Shown here: positions 29,625 through 41,565 of the stretch, one piece after another | Layout: every line of letters begins with the position of its first letter | How positions within the stretch are numbered: position 1 is the first letter of the stretch | NCBI GenBank assembly: GCA_965372795.1 | Contig: CBDVDR010000004.1 | Span: forward strand, 161,449 to 225,448 | From: an uncultured bacterium | GTDB taxonomy: Bacteria > Zixibacteria > MSB-5A5 > GN15 > FEB-12 | DNA: 64,000 bases | Direction: 5' to 3' | Program-made: the position numbers and the translations under genes | The notes under the pieces: model-generated | What the model saw: the letters and a program-made list of their open reading frames with translations, nothing else | Told to the model about the DNA's origin: nothing | Databases searched by the model: none

Positions 29625-30608
29625 TTAACCTACTTCTGATATTCGCTTATTAATATTATCCCAAATATCTTTCCAGGATTTATCAAACCCTTCTTTCTGA
29701 TAAGCATCTCGCGCTTGTTTTAGAAGTTTGAGACCTTCCTCTTTTTCCCCTAAGCCTATCATGGCTTCACCAAGATCTTCACATGCTTGCCCGATAGCAG
29801 AATTATTATTTAATCTTTCCGCCCAGGCTAATACCGGACGAAGCCATTTCCCGGCTTCTTCATAATTTCCTAATAACCTGTAGGTCATCCCCACATGGTA
29901 ATCAGCAAATAATTTTCCGGTTTCCCCCGAAAAACGCCAATGATATTCACGAGCCTTGATATAGCAACTTAAGGCCGAGTCGTACTGTTTTTTATCATAA
30001 TATGTTCCGGCAAGATTATTCCATAACGGTCCCAGCCATTTTTCCTGATCGTTGGCTTCGGCGGCTTCTATCCCTTTCATACTCCACTCTAATTGATCTT
30101 CAAAATTATCCGCTACTATGGCAATCATATGAGCCGCATCAACGGCTCTTCCCCATAGAGAATTAACAACACAATAATTGTACATCTGATCAAAGGTCTG
30201 CCTTGATTTCACAAGATCGCTGTTCTGCCACTCAAATCGCCCCTTTACCCCCAGATATCGAGACCAGCCATAGGGGTCACTTTCGCGGGCTATTGATCCG
30301 GCTTCTTCAAGAAATACCTGTCCTTCATCTTTATTACCTAAGATGAGATTCATTCGCGCCATTTGTGACATTGCTTCAGCGTCAACTGAGGGGTTAAACT
30401 CTTCCTTAGCTTTTATTGATACTTTATGATAGAGTTCAAGGGCAGATTTATAATCTCTTGCCTGAAAAACCGAGTCTGCTTCTTCAAGCATCAGACCGGC
30501 TGTCATTTCCTGTTCAACCACAACATCTCCTTTTCCTTGTTTCTCTATTGCATAGATACTGGAAAATGATAAAACAATAAATAAAATGATCCAAATATTT
30601 CTTTTCAT
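29625..30608 (-). CDS. Secreted TPR-repeat protein
   Basis: Signal peptide; TPR-like helices (WNNLAGTYY..YDSAL; VGMTYRLLGNYEEA). Confidence 0.82.
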   Translation of the reverse strand: MKRNIWIILFIVLSFSSIYAIEKQGKGDVVVEQEMTAGLMLEEADSVFQARDYKSALELYHKVSIKAKEEFNPSVDAEAMSQMARMNLILGNKDEGQVFLEEAGSIARESDPYGWSRYLGVKGRFEWQNSDLVKSRQTFDQMYNYCVVNSLWGRAVDAAHMIAIVADNFEDQLEWSMKGIEAAEANDQEKWLGPLWNNLAGTYYDKKQYDSALSCYIKAREYHWRFSGETGKLFADYHVGMTYRLLGNYEEAGKWLRPVLAWAERLNNNSAIGQACEDLGEAMIGLGEKEEGLKLLKQARDAYQKEGFDKSWKDIWDNINKRISEVG

Positions 30609-30765
30609 AACTCCTCCTTAGGGAAATCAATATAAAAAAGAGTAATACAATACACAATAAAATTCCATGTAATTACATTTTGCTTTTAATTTGACCATAG
30701 GCTCTCTTAAGTATATATTCCGATCTTAATCTCAAGCCGTAAGTACAAAATCCTAAATGGCTTAA

Positions 30766-31757
<992 letters not shown>

Positions 31758-31758
<1 letters not shown>

Positions 31759-32747
31759 TGAAAAAACCAGTTGCACTAATTACAGGTATCGCCGGATTTG
31801 CAGGCTCTCATCTGGCTGATGAATTACTTAGTGCCGGTTATAATATTTACGGCACTTATCTTCCGGATGAATCACTTGAGAATATTAACCATTTCAAAAA
31901 ATTCATCAAACTATACAAGCTTGATATTTTAAATGCGTCAAAATGCAAATCCGTTTTTAGTAAGATAAACCCGGATTATATCTTTCATTTGGCTGCTTTT
32001 TCTTCGGTTGGACAATCCATTCAAAAAGAAAACAGCTGTTTCAAAATTAATATTGACGGTTCAATAAATGTTTTTCAAGCCGCTTCGAATTTAAAAAAAC
32101 TTAAAAAAATTATATTCATTAGTTCATCAGAAGTATATGGGAATTTCCCCAAAAGTGTCAAAGTTCTCAAAGAAGATTACCCCTGCAAACCTATCTCACC
32201 CTATGCTATTTCAAAATTGACCGGTGAACATATTGCTCGGTATTATCACAAATTCCATAATCTTCCGATCTGTATCGCAAGATCGTTCAATCATAGCGGA
32301 CCCAAACAGAACGAAAATTTTGTAATCTCGGCATTTTCAAAACAGATTGCCCTGATCGAAGCCGGAAAGCAAAAGCCGATAATTTCAGTCGGCGACCTCT
32401 CGGCTAAAAGAGACCTCTCTGATGTCCGTGATATTGTTCATGGCTATCGCAAAATGGCTGAAATTGGAAAACCGGGTGAGGTCTATCTGCTATGTTCAAG
32501 TAGTTCGATCTCTATAAAAGAAGTTTTAAAAAAACTTTTAAGTTTATCCAACTGCAAAATTAAAGTAAATATTGATAAGAGTAGAGTTCGAAAAAACGAT
32601 ATCCCTGTTATAAAAGGAAGTAATGCTAAGGCTGTTAAAGAGCTTGACTATAAAAGTCGATATCCTCTTATAACAACGCTAACCGATAGTTTAAATTTTT
32701 GGAGAAAGAAAATTTCTGAAAATGGTCTTAAAGCGACCAGGAGTTAA
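31758..32747 (+). CDS. rmd: GDP-4-keto-6-deoxy-D-mannose reductase-like SDR
   Basis: GIAGFAG, SSSEVYG, PYAISK, RSFNHSGP; directly follows gmd. Confidence 0.75.
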
Positions 32748-32748
32748 A

Positions 32749-34089
32749 ATGGCTGCGATAAAAAAATCAAATACTAATCTCAGTAAAAAACTGATTGAAA
32801 AAATTAAAGACCGTACTGCGGTTGCCGGAGTTATAGGCCTTGGATATGTAGGCTTGCCTCTGTCAGTTGAACTTGCAAATGTCGGCTTTAAAGTAATTGG
32901 CTATGATATTGCCAAAGATAAAATAAACTTACTGAAAAAAGGTAAATCTGATATTGATGATGTGCCTCATGCTGATGTTGAGAGAATTGTAAAGTCAGGA
33001 AAATTTATTCCGACTTTCGACCCGAAACTGCTAAAAAAGATGGACACTATTTCTATCTGTGTTCCTACTCCGCTTTCAAAAACCAAAGATCCGGATGTTA
33101 GTTATATATTAAGCGCCCTTGAAATGATAAAAAAATATATTAAAAAGGGCACCTTAGTTGTGCTGGAATCAACTACCTATCCGGGCACAACCGAGGATCT
33201 TATTAGACCTGAATTCGAACAAATGGGCTTAAAGGCTGGCAAAGATTTCTTTTTAGCCTTCTCCCCCGAACGCGTCGATCCCGGTAACCCCATCTACACG
33301 ACTAAAAATACGCCTCGCGTTGTTGGTGGTACCACTCCAATTTGTACCAAAGTTGCTAAAACCTTCTATGAACAAACGATCCCGAATATCCATGCTGTTT
33401 CTTCAACCGGAGCCGCTGAGATGGTTAAACTTTTGGAAAACACTTTCCGCTCGGTCAACATCGGTCTGGTGAATGAGGTTGCCCTCATGTGTGATCGTTT
33501 GAATTTGGATGTATGGGAAATAATTGATGCTGCAGGTACGAAGCCTTTTGGTTTTATGCCATTCTATCCCGGTCCGGGCTTAGGCGGACACTGTATTCCA
33601 ATCGACCCGCACTATCTGTCATGGAAACTAAAATCGTTGAACTACTATGCTAAATTTATCGAACTCGCCGGTGATATTAACAGCCACATGCCGGAATATG
33701 TAATTGACCGTATCTCTAAAATGATGAGTAAGCGTTTTTCAAAAGCCCTTAATAAATCAAAAATTATCGTGCTTGGCATTGCCTACAAAAGAGACATCAA
33801 AGATGTCAGAGAATCTCCCGCTCTTGATGTTATTCGTCTCTTGGAAAACAGCGGTTCAAAAATATATTACAATGACCCGTTTGTACCTTCAATAAATTGG
33901 AATGGCGATAAAATGCATTCGACTAAATTAACAAAATCGCTTTTAAATAAAGCTGATTTGACAATTATTCTGACTAATCATACCCAATATGATTACCAGT
34001 GGATTGTTGATAATTCGAAAGCCGTTTTTGATACCCGTAACGCTACCAAAGGAATCACAAAAAACAGACGGAAAATCGAACTTCTTTAA
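32749..34089 (+). CDS. wbpA: Nucleotide-sugar 6-dehydrogenase (WbpA-like, UDP-GlcNAc)
   Basis: GLGYVGLP, CVPTP, ESTTYPGTT, KLLENTFR.VNI, GGHCIPIDP; AGGAG RBS before ATG 32749. Confidence 0.85.
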   Translation: MAAIKKSNTNLSKKLIEKIKDRTAVAGVIGLGYVGLPLSVELANVGFKVIGYDIAKDKINLLKKGKSDIDDVPHADVERIVKSGKFIPTFDPKLLKKMDTISICVPTPLSKTKDPDVSYILSALEMIKKYIKKGTLVVLESTTYPGTTEDLIRPEFEQMGLKAGKDFFLAFSPERVDPGNPIYTTKNTPRVVGGTTPICTKVAKTFYEQTIPNIHAVSSTGAAEMVKLLENTFRSVNIGLVNEVALMCDRLNLDVWEIIDAAGTKPFGFMPFYPGPGLGGHCIPIDPHYLSWKLKSLNYYAKFIELAGDINSHMPEYVIDRISKMMSKRFSKALNKSKIIVLGIAYKRDIKDVRESPALDVIRLLENSGSKIYYNDPFVPSINWNGDKMHSTKLTKSLLNKADLTIILTNHTQYDYQWIVDNSKAVFDTRNATKGITKNRRKIELL

Positions 34090-34107
34090 AATTAATATAG
34101 ATACACC

Positions 34108-34143
34108 AAAAAAAACCTGCTTTCAAAATAAGCAGGTTTTTTT
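34108..34143 (+). terminator. Intrinsic terminator
   Basis: aaaaaaaacctgctt-tcaaaat-aagcaggttttttt. Confidence 0.85.
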
Positions 34144-34214
34144 GTCTTATTTAACTTTTATACCGATCATGCCGATAATTTAAATGATAAACTATATTAT
34201 TTAAAAGGAACGGC

Positions 34215-36143
34215 ATGAGCGACATTATTACTGACATATCATTGATCCTCAAAGACTTACTCAAAGTGATCAAAGTTGTTTCGATGTACCCGGAGAATAA
34301 CCCACTGCCTCAATCTCTGAAAAGATCTTTTTCTGAAAAACTGGTGAATATCGTTGAAGAATATGGCGACCTTAAAATCGGAGTCGACAAATCGGTCCTA
34401 ACTTTCAACAACGAAGTTGTCTTTTCTGATAAATCAAAAGAAGAAAGCCTTGCCATAATTTTTTTCCGGACCGGAATTACAAATTTTACTTTTAAAGCCG
34501 GCTTGGACGTTAATGAAGTTTATACTTTTCTTGATGTGCTTAAAGAACATCTAAATTCGCAGAACAAAAATCAGGATTTGGTCGCCATGATATGGGAATC
34601 GGGAATATCCCGATTTAGTTTTACAACCGTTGAAGATGTTGCCCTGTCTGAATATGATGGCAATGTTGATTTCAAAGCCTTAGCAGAAAAATTATCTAAT
34701 CAGAATAACCAGCATAAACAGTTCTCAACTGATAACTCTCAAAGTTATAGTGATATTTTCAGTGTTAATATCGATAATAATTATGTTTCGCTTGATGACT
34801 CATCAGATATTGACATACCAGACAACCGCACCGGACAACCACACCCTGCCGGACAAAAACAGCATTATGCACCTCGTGGAAATAATGGAATTGCGGCATC
34901 TGTTTTCGGAGGAGATTCTGATGAAGTCAATGAAAATTCATTAAATGCCGTTGAAGCTGCTCAGGCAATGGGGTTCGGTGATATTGTTCCTCAAACGGAA
35001 TCTCTGCCCGATACAACGATAATTTTAAACAAAGAGTTCGAACTTTCAAAAGAGGCAGAAGAAAAAATAGTCGAAATTTCCGCTGATGATGTCGCCTTCG
35101 ATATATACGAATCAACTCTTGAGCTGCTAAAAGAAATGCTTCATCAAGAAACTGAAACCGTAAGTTTTAATGAAACCGTCACGATCTGTGAAAAAATTCT
35201 AAATGAGTTCATTCAAGCTGGAAAATTTCTTGAAGCATCTCAATTATTCAAATACCTGCAAGCCTTTGGAAAAAAAATTAAAAAGAAAAAACCGATGTGG
35301 TCTGAACGTATAAACGATGCTATTGTGACTATCGGAAGTCGAGAGAGGCTGAAAGTTTTAACCGACACCCTCAATGAAAACCCGGAAATTGGTTCCGGAA
35401 TGATAAAAATTTATCTAAGTAATTTTGATTGGCAGGCATTAAGCGGGCTGACTGATTTACTCGGAGATTTAAAACATGAAACTCATCAGGAAGCTTTATG
35501 TAATTTCCTGGCTTTAATGGGCAAAGACAATCTTCATATAATTTCAAAAGGGTTACAGGATAAACGGATTCATGTTGTAAAAAATTCTGTTACAGTTATG
35601 GCTCATATTAACAATAGTAAAGCATTTTCATATTTGCATAAACTGACTAATCATCATAACAGCGAAGTGCGTATTACTCTGGCCCGAGCGTTAAAGGATA
35701 ATCCGAATGAAACGGCTATTGATATTTTAAAAAACCTTGCAATTGATGAAGATGCTGCGATTCGACGTGAAGCGGTTCAATCAATTAGTCAAATGAACGG
35801 ACAAAAAGCATTCGAAGCTATAACTGATATAATCAACAATGATAAATTTGAAAACCTTGAACAACCCGACCAGCAGTCACTTCTTAACGCTTTTTCATTA
35901 ATTGGCGGTGATAAAGCTGTCACTTATTTATCACAACTCATATCAAATTATAATATCACCGGAAATTCCACTCTGAAATTCTTCCGTTCAGCGGCTTTTG
36001 AAGCACTGACCATAAACAAGAGCGAAAAAGCTGAAAAAGTGCTAATAAAACTTAGCAACAGCTGGCGCCCTGATATAAAGAATCTGGCACAACATGCCTT
36101 GCATCAACGACGTTCCAATATCTATGGAGGCGAACATGAATAA
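34215..36143 (+). CDS. HEAT-repeat protein with an N-terminal 'YPxxNP' domain
   Basis: C-terminal HEAT-like repeats (LQDKRIHVVKN, SEVRITLARAL, DEDAAIRREAV). Confidence 0.82.
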   Translation: MSDIITDISLILKDLLKVIKVVSMYPENNPLPQSLKRSFSEKLVNIVEEYGDLKIGVDKSVLTFNNEVVFSDKSKEESLAIIFFRTGITNFTFKAGLDVNEVYTFLDVLKEHLNSQNKNQDLVAMIWESGISRFSFTTVEDVALSEYDGNVDFKALAEKLSNQNNQHKQFSTDNSQSYSDIFSVNIDNNYVSLDDSSDIDIPDNRTGQPHPAGQKQHYAPRGNNGIAASVFGGDSDEVNENSLNAVEAAQAMGFGDIVPQTESLPDTTIILNKEFELSKEAEEKIVEISADDVAFDIYESTLELLKEMLHQETETVSFNETVTICEKILNEFIQAGKFLEASQLFKYLQAFGKKIKKKKPMWSERINDAIVTIGSRERLKVLTDTLNENPEIGSGMIKIYLSNFDWQALSGLTDLLGDLKHETHQEALCNFLALMGKDNLHIISKGLQDKRIHVVKNSVTVMAHINNSKAFSYLHKLTNHHNSEVRITLARALKDNPNETAIDILKNLAIDEDAAIRREAVQSISQMNGQKAFEAITDIINNDKFENLEQPDQQSLLNAFSLIGGDKAVTYLSQLISNYNITGNSTLKFFRSAAFEALTINKSEKAEKVLIKLSNSWRPDIKNLAQHALHQRRSNIYGGEHE

Positions 36144-37581
36144 GATAGCCGAAAATCCTGAGTTTCGTATTCTGGCCGGCAAAGAGGAAGAAAAATTATT
36201 AAATCAATTTTTTATTCTCTACAAAAATTCACGAATTGTCGAGGACAACAATCCGACTTTCAAAAATCAAAGTCAAGCCTTCCATGATACCCTGATCTAT
36301 TTCTTTAAAGAATTTGGCTCAGCTTTAATTAAGACTGTCGGCAGCCGTTATTTTGTAAACGATAAACTTGTTCGCTTTGATGATACCGGAATTTCAGGAG
36401 CAACCTCAATTGTAAACGAATGGAAAACTTTGGGCGTTGGAGGAGTATCATTCAAAGATGGCATTACGCTTGAAGAAACCGTCAAATTTTTCCGCTTTAT
36501 CTCAAGTATTAAGCCTAATTCTCAAAATCTCGAATCATTATCAATGAGCTTGAAAACTCATCAGCTTTCAGCGGTAAAACTATTAGGTTCCGTTGAAGCC
36601 GATGAAAATGAATCAATTATCCCTGAAGAAGTGCGCCGCCAATTTAGAATAGCTGCCCGAACAACTTTCTTTCAGGCGGTGAATGTTGTCGAAGAAGTCA
36701 TGGTTAACACTAAAAACGACCGTGATATAAATATTGGAAAAACAAAAAGAGTCGTGCATTCTTTGATTGATCATATTACGAGAGACGAATCCTCCCTGAT
36801 TGAATTAACTGCCATTAAAAATTTTGATGACTACACCTATGCTCATTCTACGAATGTTTGCGTCTATTCGCTTACTTTAGGCGTCCGCCTCGGTTTGGAT
36901 CGAGCCCGCCTTTCCCAACTTGGATTTACAGCCCTATTCCATGATATTGGCAAAGTTAAACTGCCTACCGACTTAATCAGAAAACCGGATGCTTTTGATG
37001 AAAATGACTGGATCCAAATGCAGCGTCACCCGATTCTTGGGGTTAAAACTATTTTAAGAAACTTAAAATTAGACACTCATACCGCCCGGGCAGCAAGAGG
37101 TGCATTTGAACATCATATTAACAATGATTTCACGGGCTATCCGTCTCTGATATATGACAAAAGAGATACAAATCTTTTTTCAAAAATTATTTCTATCGTT
37201 GATACATTCGATGCCCTTTCATCCGGAAGGGTCTATTTGAAAAAATCGATTGAACCGGATATCGTTTTAAAAAAGATGCATTATCAAATGAAAGTCAAAT
37301 TTGATCCATTCCTCCTGAAAATTTTCAATGACATTATCGGCATCTATCCGGCGGGAACATTGGTTTTATTATCAACCGATGAGATCGCAATTGTGTTAAC
37401 GAATAATGAATCCGACCCTTCAAAACCGTACGTCCAGATTGTGGGCGATAAAAAAGGCTTATTTGACAACCCTCTCTGGATCGATTTGTCATCACAGGTT
37501 GAGGCTAACCGTTCCATTGTAAGATTAATTGAACCGGAACAATTTGGATTGAATGTTAAAGATTTTATTTTGAACGATTAG
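36136..37581 (+). CDS. HD-GYP domain protein (putative cyclic-dinucleotide phosphodiesterase)
   Basis: YTYAHS.NV, HDIGK, EHH...GYP, D.FDAL, GIYP.GT.V; GGAGG RBS before ATG 36136. Confidence 0.9.
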   Translation: MNKIAENPEFRILAGKEEEKLLNQFFILYKNSRIVEDNNPTFKNQSQAFHDTLIYFFKEFGSALIKTVGSRYFVNDKLVRFDDTGISGATSIVNEWKTLGVGGVSFKDGITLEETVKFFRFISSIKPNSQNLESLSMSLKTHQLSAVKLLGSVEADENESIIPEEVRRQFRIAARTTFFQAVNVVEEVMVNTKNDRDINIGKTKRVVHSLIDHITRDESSLIELTAIKNFDDYTYAHSTNVCVYSLTLGVRLGLDRARLSQLGFTALFHDIGKVKLPTDLIRKPDAFDENDWIQMQRHPILGVKTILRNLKLDTHTARAARGAFEHHINNDFTGYPSLIYDKRDTNLFSKIISIVDTFDALSSGRVYLKKSIEPDIVLKKMHYQMKVKFDPFLLKIFNDIIGIYPAGTLVLLSTDEIAIVLTNNESDPSKPYVQIVGDKKGLFDNPLWIDLSSQVEANRSIVRLIEPEQFGLNVKDFILND

Positions 37582-38198
37582 AAAGAATAAGTCAGCATTA
37601 ACCGCGATTGATATTTTTCATTCGCCTTTATATCAAAACTCAATTTTGAATCCGTTTCATTATTGGGAAACCCTGATAAGTGCGCATCGGCAAACGCATC
37701 AAACATCGAAACAAAAGTTATAATCACTGCAAACCATCTGAATTTATTGCGTTCATCTTTCCTATCCATAAATAACGAATGCACAATATTCCGGGAATCT
37801 ATATCAGTTGGATCAATAGCATCATACTGAGCTTTAAAATCAGAAGTCTGTTTGCCATAATGAATTGCCGCTCCGACAAACCAGACATCAAGCCCAAAAT
37901 AGACCAGTGCTTTTTTTGTTCTCTTATTCCCCAATTGACCCCACCCGGGAACAAGCATCGATTTAAACAACCCTTTGGTCGGATTTTGAATCAAGTGTTT
38001 CTCAAAATTCATAGTATCACTTACATGGATATAACCTTCAAATATCAAGCCGGGCTGATACAAGGATGTATCAACCACTATTGTTGAATCTTGTAATAAC
38101 TCTCCCTCATCTGATTGGGCATACCCGGAAATTGTGATAATGGAGAATAATAGCAGAAAACAGATTATTGATAATGGGTGGTTGAATTTATAAATCAT
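37578..38198 (-). CDS. DUF5683-like exported/membrane protein
   Basis: P.KGLFKSMLVPGWGQL.N; SMFDAFADAHL. Confidence 0.75.
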   Translation of the reverse strand: MIYKFNHPLSIICFLLLFSIITISGYAQSDEGELLQDSTIVVDTSLYQPGLIFEGYIHVSDTMNFEKHLIQNPTKGLFKSMLVPGWGQLGNKRTKKALVYFGLDVWFVGAAIHYGKQTSDFKAQYDAIDPTDIDSRNIVHSLFMDRKDERNKFRWFAVIITFVSMFDAFADAHLSGFPNNETDSKLSFDIKANEKYQSRLMLTYSF

Positions 38199-39143
38199 CT
38201 AAGCATAAACATTTAATTGTTTATCTAAAACAGTTATCTCAACGAGATCAGTCGGCAAAGTCACCAATTCCCCATCAAGATACAACTCATACTTTTTAAA
38301 TGGTTCAATACAAATTGATTTACCGCGAAACATTCTGATCTTCTCATTAAAATAATAAGAGCCTTTGGCAATATCAGCCGTAAAGGAACCTAGTACTTTA
38401 GGATTTACTTCGGCATCAAATATTATTTCTGCCCGATTATCATCAATTATTGATGTAATGGACATTGGCAATCCGACAGAGTAAGGAAGCAAATTAATGT
38501 TCAAAAGGGTCGGAGAAATTTCAAAACGAAATGAATCGACTTTTATAACCGTTTTTGTAGGCATCGAAATTTTGGCGGCAATGCTTCCCATTTTAGACCA
38601 GCCTAATTTAAACCGGGGTGTTTTTTTGGTCTCTAATAATTTAAATAAATTCGGTAAAAAACCAACTCCGACCGATCCAAAAAATATTTGATTAACTACC
38701 TGGCCGGCATCTATTTTTCTGATCTTTTGATTAAATATTATTTTTGAAATATCCTCAATATTGACTGATCCGTAGATAGACCGGGCAATATTGTTATATT
38801 TGCCCATTGGTATCGCACCAACGGGTAATCCGGATTTTAAACCGGCTCTGGCTACCAAATTGAAAGTTCCATCACCACCGCAGGCAATCAACGAGGTTAT
38901 ATTGCCCCACCGGTTAAGATTGCTCGTAACAGCACCCCGGTGTCGTTTTAATCCCGCGGCTGACATTGCCTGATCGTATAGTTCTATAGCAGTTGTTGGT
39001 TCTAACAGAGTATATGAACTGCCTCTTTTTTTAATACTGGTAATTAAATTTTTGACTATTTGGTCGTTGTAATTGCTTGCATTACTATTTACTAATAGAC
39101 AATAATGCTGGCGTTTTTGTTGTTTGGCTTTACTTGTTTTCAC
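38199..39143 (-). CDS. Diacylglycerol/lipid kinase family protein
   Basis: ACGGDGT, IPMG..NNIAR, ID.G, LDGE. Confidence 0.82.
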   Translation of the reverse strand: MKTSKAKQQKRQHYCLLVNSNASNYNDQIVKNLITSIKKRGSSYTLLEPTTAIELYDQAMSAAGLKRHRGAVTSNLNRWGNITSLIACGGDGTFNLVARAGLKSGLPVGAIPMGKYNNIARSIYGSVNIEDISKIIFNQKIRKIDAGQVVNQIFFGSVGVGFLPNLFKLLETKKTPRFKLGWSKMGSIAAKISMPTKTVIKVDSFRFEISPTLLNINLLPYSVGLPMSITSIIDDNRAEIIFDAEVNPKVLGSFTADIAKGSYYFNEKIRMFRGKSICIEPFKKYELYLDGELVTLPTDLVEITVLDKQLNVYA

Positions 39144-39261
39144 AGAAAGGATTATAACTCTTTAAACATCAAAAAACAAATTCATATTCTGACATTTTCA
39201 TTTCTTCAGGCTGATTATTTAATACTTGAAACTCAAACCTAATTAAGCTATTCTTAAGCCC

Positions 39262-40134
39262 ATGGGATCAGCATTTATAACCTTAGCCCGTCCGGTTCAA
39301 TGGGTAAAGAACAGCATAGTCTTTGCTGCGTTAGTATTTGCCGGCGAGGCTGCCAAAAGCGACAAATTATTGACTTCTTTCTTTGCTTTTGCCCTGTTTT
39401 GCATGCTCTCATCATCTATTTATGTATTTAATGACATTTTTGACCGCCAGAAAGATAAACTACATCCCCTCAAAAAATATCGACCGCTTGCTTCAGAAAA
39501 AATTTCTGTTATATCAGCCTCAATTTTTGGACTGATTCTGATGATAATCGGGATAGGCGGAGCTTATTTTATAAATACTAATTTACTGATTATTGCTGTT
39601 ATATTTGTTGTTCTTAATCTATTCTATTCAAGTTTATTAAAAAATATTGTCATAGTTGATGTCATGACCATCGCTTTTAGTTTTGTTCTCCGCGCCTTAG
39701 CCGGTGCTTATGCAATTGATGTTCCGGCTTCAAAATGGTTACTGATAAATACTATGCTGTTAGCTTTATTTTTAGGCTTTGGTAAAAGAAGGCACGAACT
39801 GGTTCTTCTGGAGTCCAATGCCACCTCACACCGAAGCAGTCTGGAAAGATATTCTCCATACCTCCTTGATCAATTGATAGGAGTTGTAACTGCTTCCGTT
39901 GTTGTGATGTATATGTTATATACTTTCTCTAATGAAGTTTCCTTAAAACTTGGGACTGAAAATCTTTTCTTAACTATCCCCTTTGTAATTTATGGCATTT
40001 TCAGATATTTATATCTGATTCACAAAGAAGAAAAAGGCGGCTCACCAACTTCGTTGTTAATCAATGATAAACCAATCCTATTCACAGTCATCTTTTGGAC
40101 AATAACAGTTTTAATAGTGATGTACCTATTATGA
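39262..40134 (+). CDS. UbiA-family polyprenyl-phosphate phosphoribosyltransferase (DPPR synthase-like)
   Basis: RP.QWVKN, Y.FNDI.D...D..HP.K..RPLAS, GKRRHEL, YGIFRY. Confidence 0.88.
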   Translation: MGSAFITLARPVQWVKNSIVFAALVFAGEAAKSDKLLTSFFAFALFCMLSSSIYVFNDIFDRQKDKLHPLKKYRPLASEKISVISASIFGLILMIIGIGGAYFINTNLLIIAVIFVVLNLFYSSLLKNIVIVDVMTIAFSFVLRALAGAYAIDVPASKWLLINTMLLALFLGFGKRRHELVLLESNATSHRSSLERYSPYLLDQLIGVVTASVVVMYMLYTFSNEVSLKLGTENLFLTIPFVIYGIFRYLYLIHKEEKGGSPTSLLINDKPILFTVIFWTITVLIVMYLL

Positions 40135-41060
40135 AAAAATTTATCTTAACTACAATTTTATTCAGCCTTGTTCTCTGCTCCTGTTCAACCAAAAAGGAAT
40201 ACACAAAAACCGCAGTCACACCTGAATTCCCCAGCGAAGTCTTTATCGCTGATTTACAAATTCCCGTAATTGAACATCTTCAAAATATTACAATAATCGA
40301 CAGTGTAAAAATTATTATGGCTGAAAAGGCAGCGGAATTTATCGGATCTTCTGCCGATTTATACCGCGGACATAATTTTGTCGGACTGGTTGCCTTAAAG
40401 TATGAAATCAGCAAAATCCCGGTCTCAGTCGAAATAGCACAGTTTGCAACCAATGAAGATGCTTATGGATTTTATTCTCTGCTCCGTCCCAATACTGGAC
40501 AATTTAACCGCCTGGGTGGTGAATCATACACCGCCGGTAATTCCACTTATTTCTATATCGCTAATTTTGCCGTAAGTCTTTCAGTTGAAGGTGAGACTGA
40601 TGATAGTTTTGAAATTGTAAAACCTCTGGCTGATGCTATTGTCAAAAAAACTGAGACCCAGCCAACGCTGCCACCATATTTTTTGATGTTTCCATTTAAA
40701 AACAAAATTTCCCCCTCAAACCGATATTACCCCTACAACTATCTTGGAATTATAGATCTAAACGGTGTTTTCACATCTGACTATATAATCGACGGCGACA
40801 CCGTTACCCTTTTCTATGCAATGGATGAATCCGGTGCAAAATTTTATGCTATCAAAGAATTTGCAGAAGCAACCGATGATGAGATTATTGATAACCCCAA
40901 AGGGTTTCAATTTGAATCGAATATATCCTTCGCCTTTGGTCATCCCGACCATGGCGTAATCGTGAGCGGATTAACTCACAATAAAATTGCCGGTGTAATT
41001 AATTATAATCCAAAAAAGGTCGGTAGATTCGTTACCGGATGGATTAAAGGATTACAGTAA
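40131..41060 (+). CDS. Lipoprotein (DUF6599-like)
   Basis: MKK..LCSC lipobox; FIGSSADLY, VEIAQFATNEDAYGFYS. Confidence 0.65.
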   Translation: MKKFILTTILFSLVLCSCSTKKEYTKTAVTPEFPSEVFIADLQIPVIEHLQNITIIDSVKIIMAEKAAEFIGSSADLYRGHNFVGLVALKYEISKIPVSVEIAQFATNEDAYGFYSLLRPNTGQFNRLGGESYTAGNSTYFYIANFAVSLSVEGETDDSFEIVKPLADAIVKKTETQPTLPPYFLMFPFKNKISPSNRYYPYNYLGIIDLNGVFTSDYIIDGDTVTLFYAMDESGAKFYAIKEFAEATDDEIIDNPKGFQFESNISFAFGHPDHGVIVSGLTHNKIAGVINYNPKKVGRFVTGWIKGLQ

Positions 41061-41090
41061 GCTTTTTAAAATAAATTTATTTAAACTCTA

Positions 41091-41402
41091 TTAATCGTCA
41101 AATAGATCGTCAAAATTTTTCTTAAGATTATCTTTTTCAGATATTTGAGTTTTCACTCCTCCGGCGACTTTAATCACCGCCCGAGTCTGATAATAATCAC
41201 AAAAATTTGATTTTTCTTTAATTTTAACCAGTTCATCAACATTTTCACGGCATTGATAACGCCTCGTAGGATCAAAATGGAAACACCCACGACAACATCG
41301 CAAATCTGCCAAACAATGTTTGCAATGATCAGATCGTACAACCCTTGTAGTAATTCCGGTTGGTTTACTGCAATTCCAACACATCAGTCCTTGATCAGCC
41401 AT
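41091..41402 (-). CDS. Small cysteine-rich conserved hypothetical protein
   Basis: CxxC, CxxC, CCxxC, C, NFCDY; C-terminal FDDLF; GGAG RBS. Confidence 0.8.
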   Translation of the reverse strand: MADQGLMCWNCSKPTGITTRVVRSDHCKHCLADLRCCRGCFHFDPTRRYQCRENVDELVKIKEKSNFCDYYQTRAVIKVAGGVKTQISEKDNLKKNFDDLFDD

Positions 41403-41565
41403 TATTGCTCCTCAATTAGCTCAAGTCTATTCATCACTAACAAAAAATCTATATCATCATATAAATATACCTCGTTAGTTTATACAAATGATTTTTATAT
41501 CAAAGATTAATAGAAGTAATAACATTACTCTAATCTATTGAGTTCTAATAAGATGCTAAACAATT

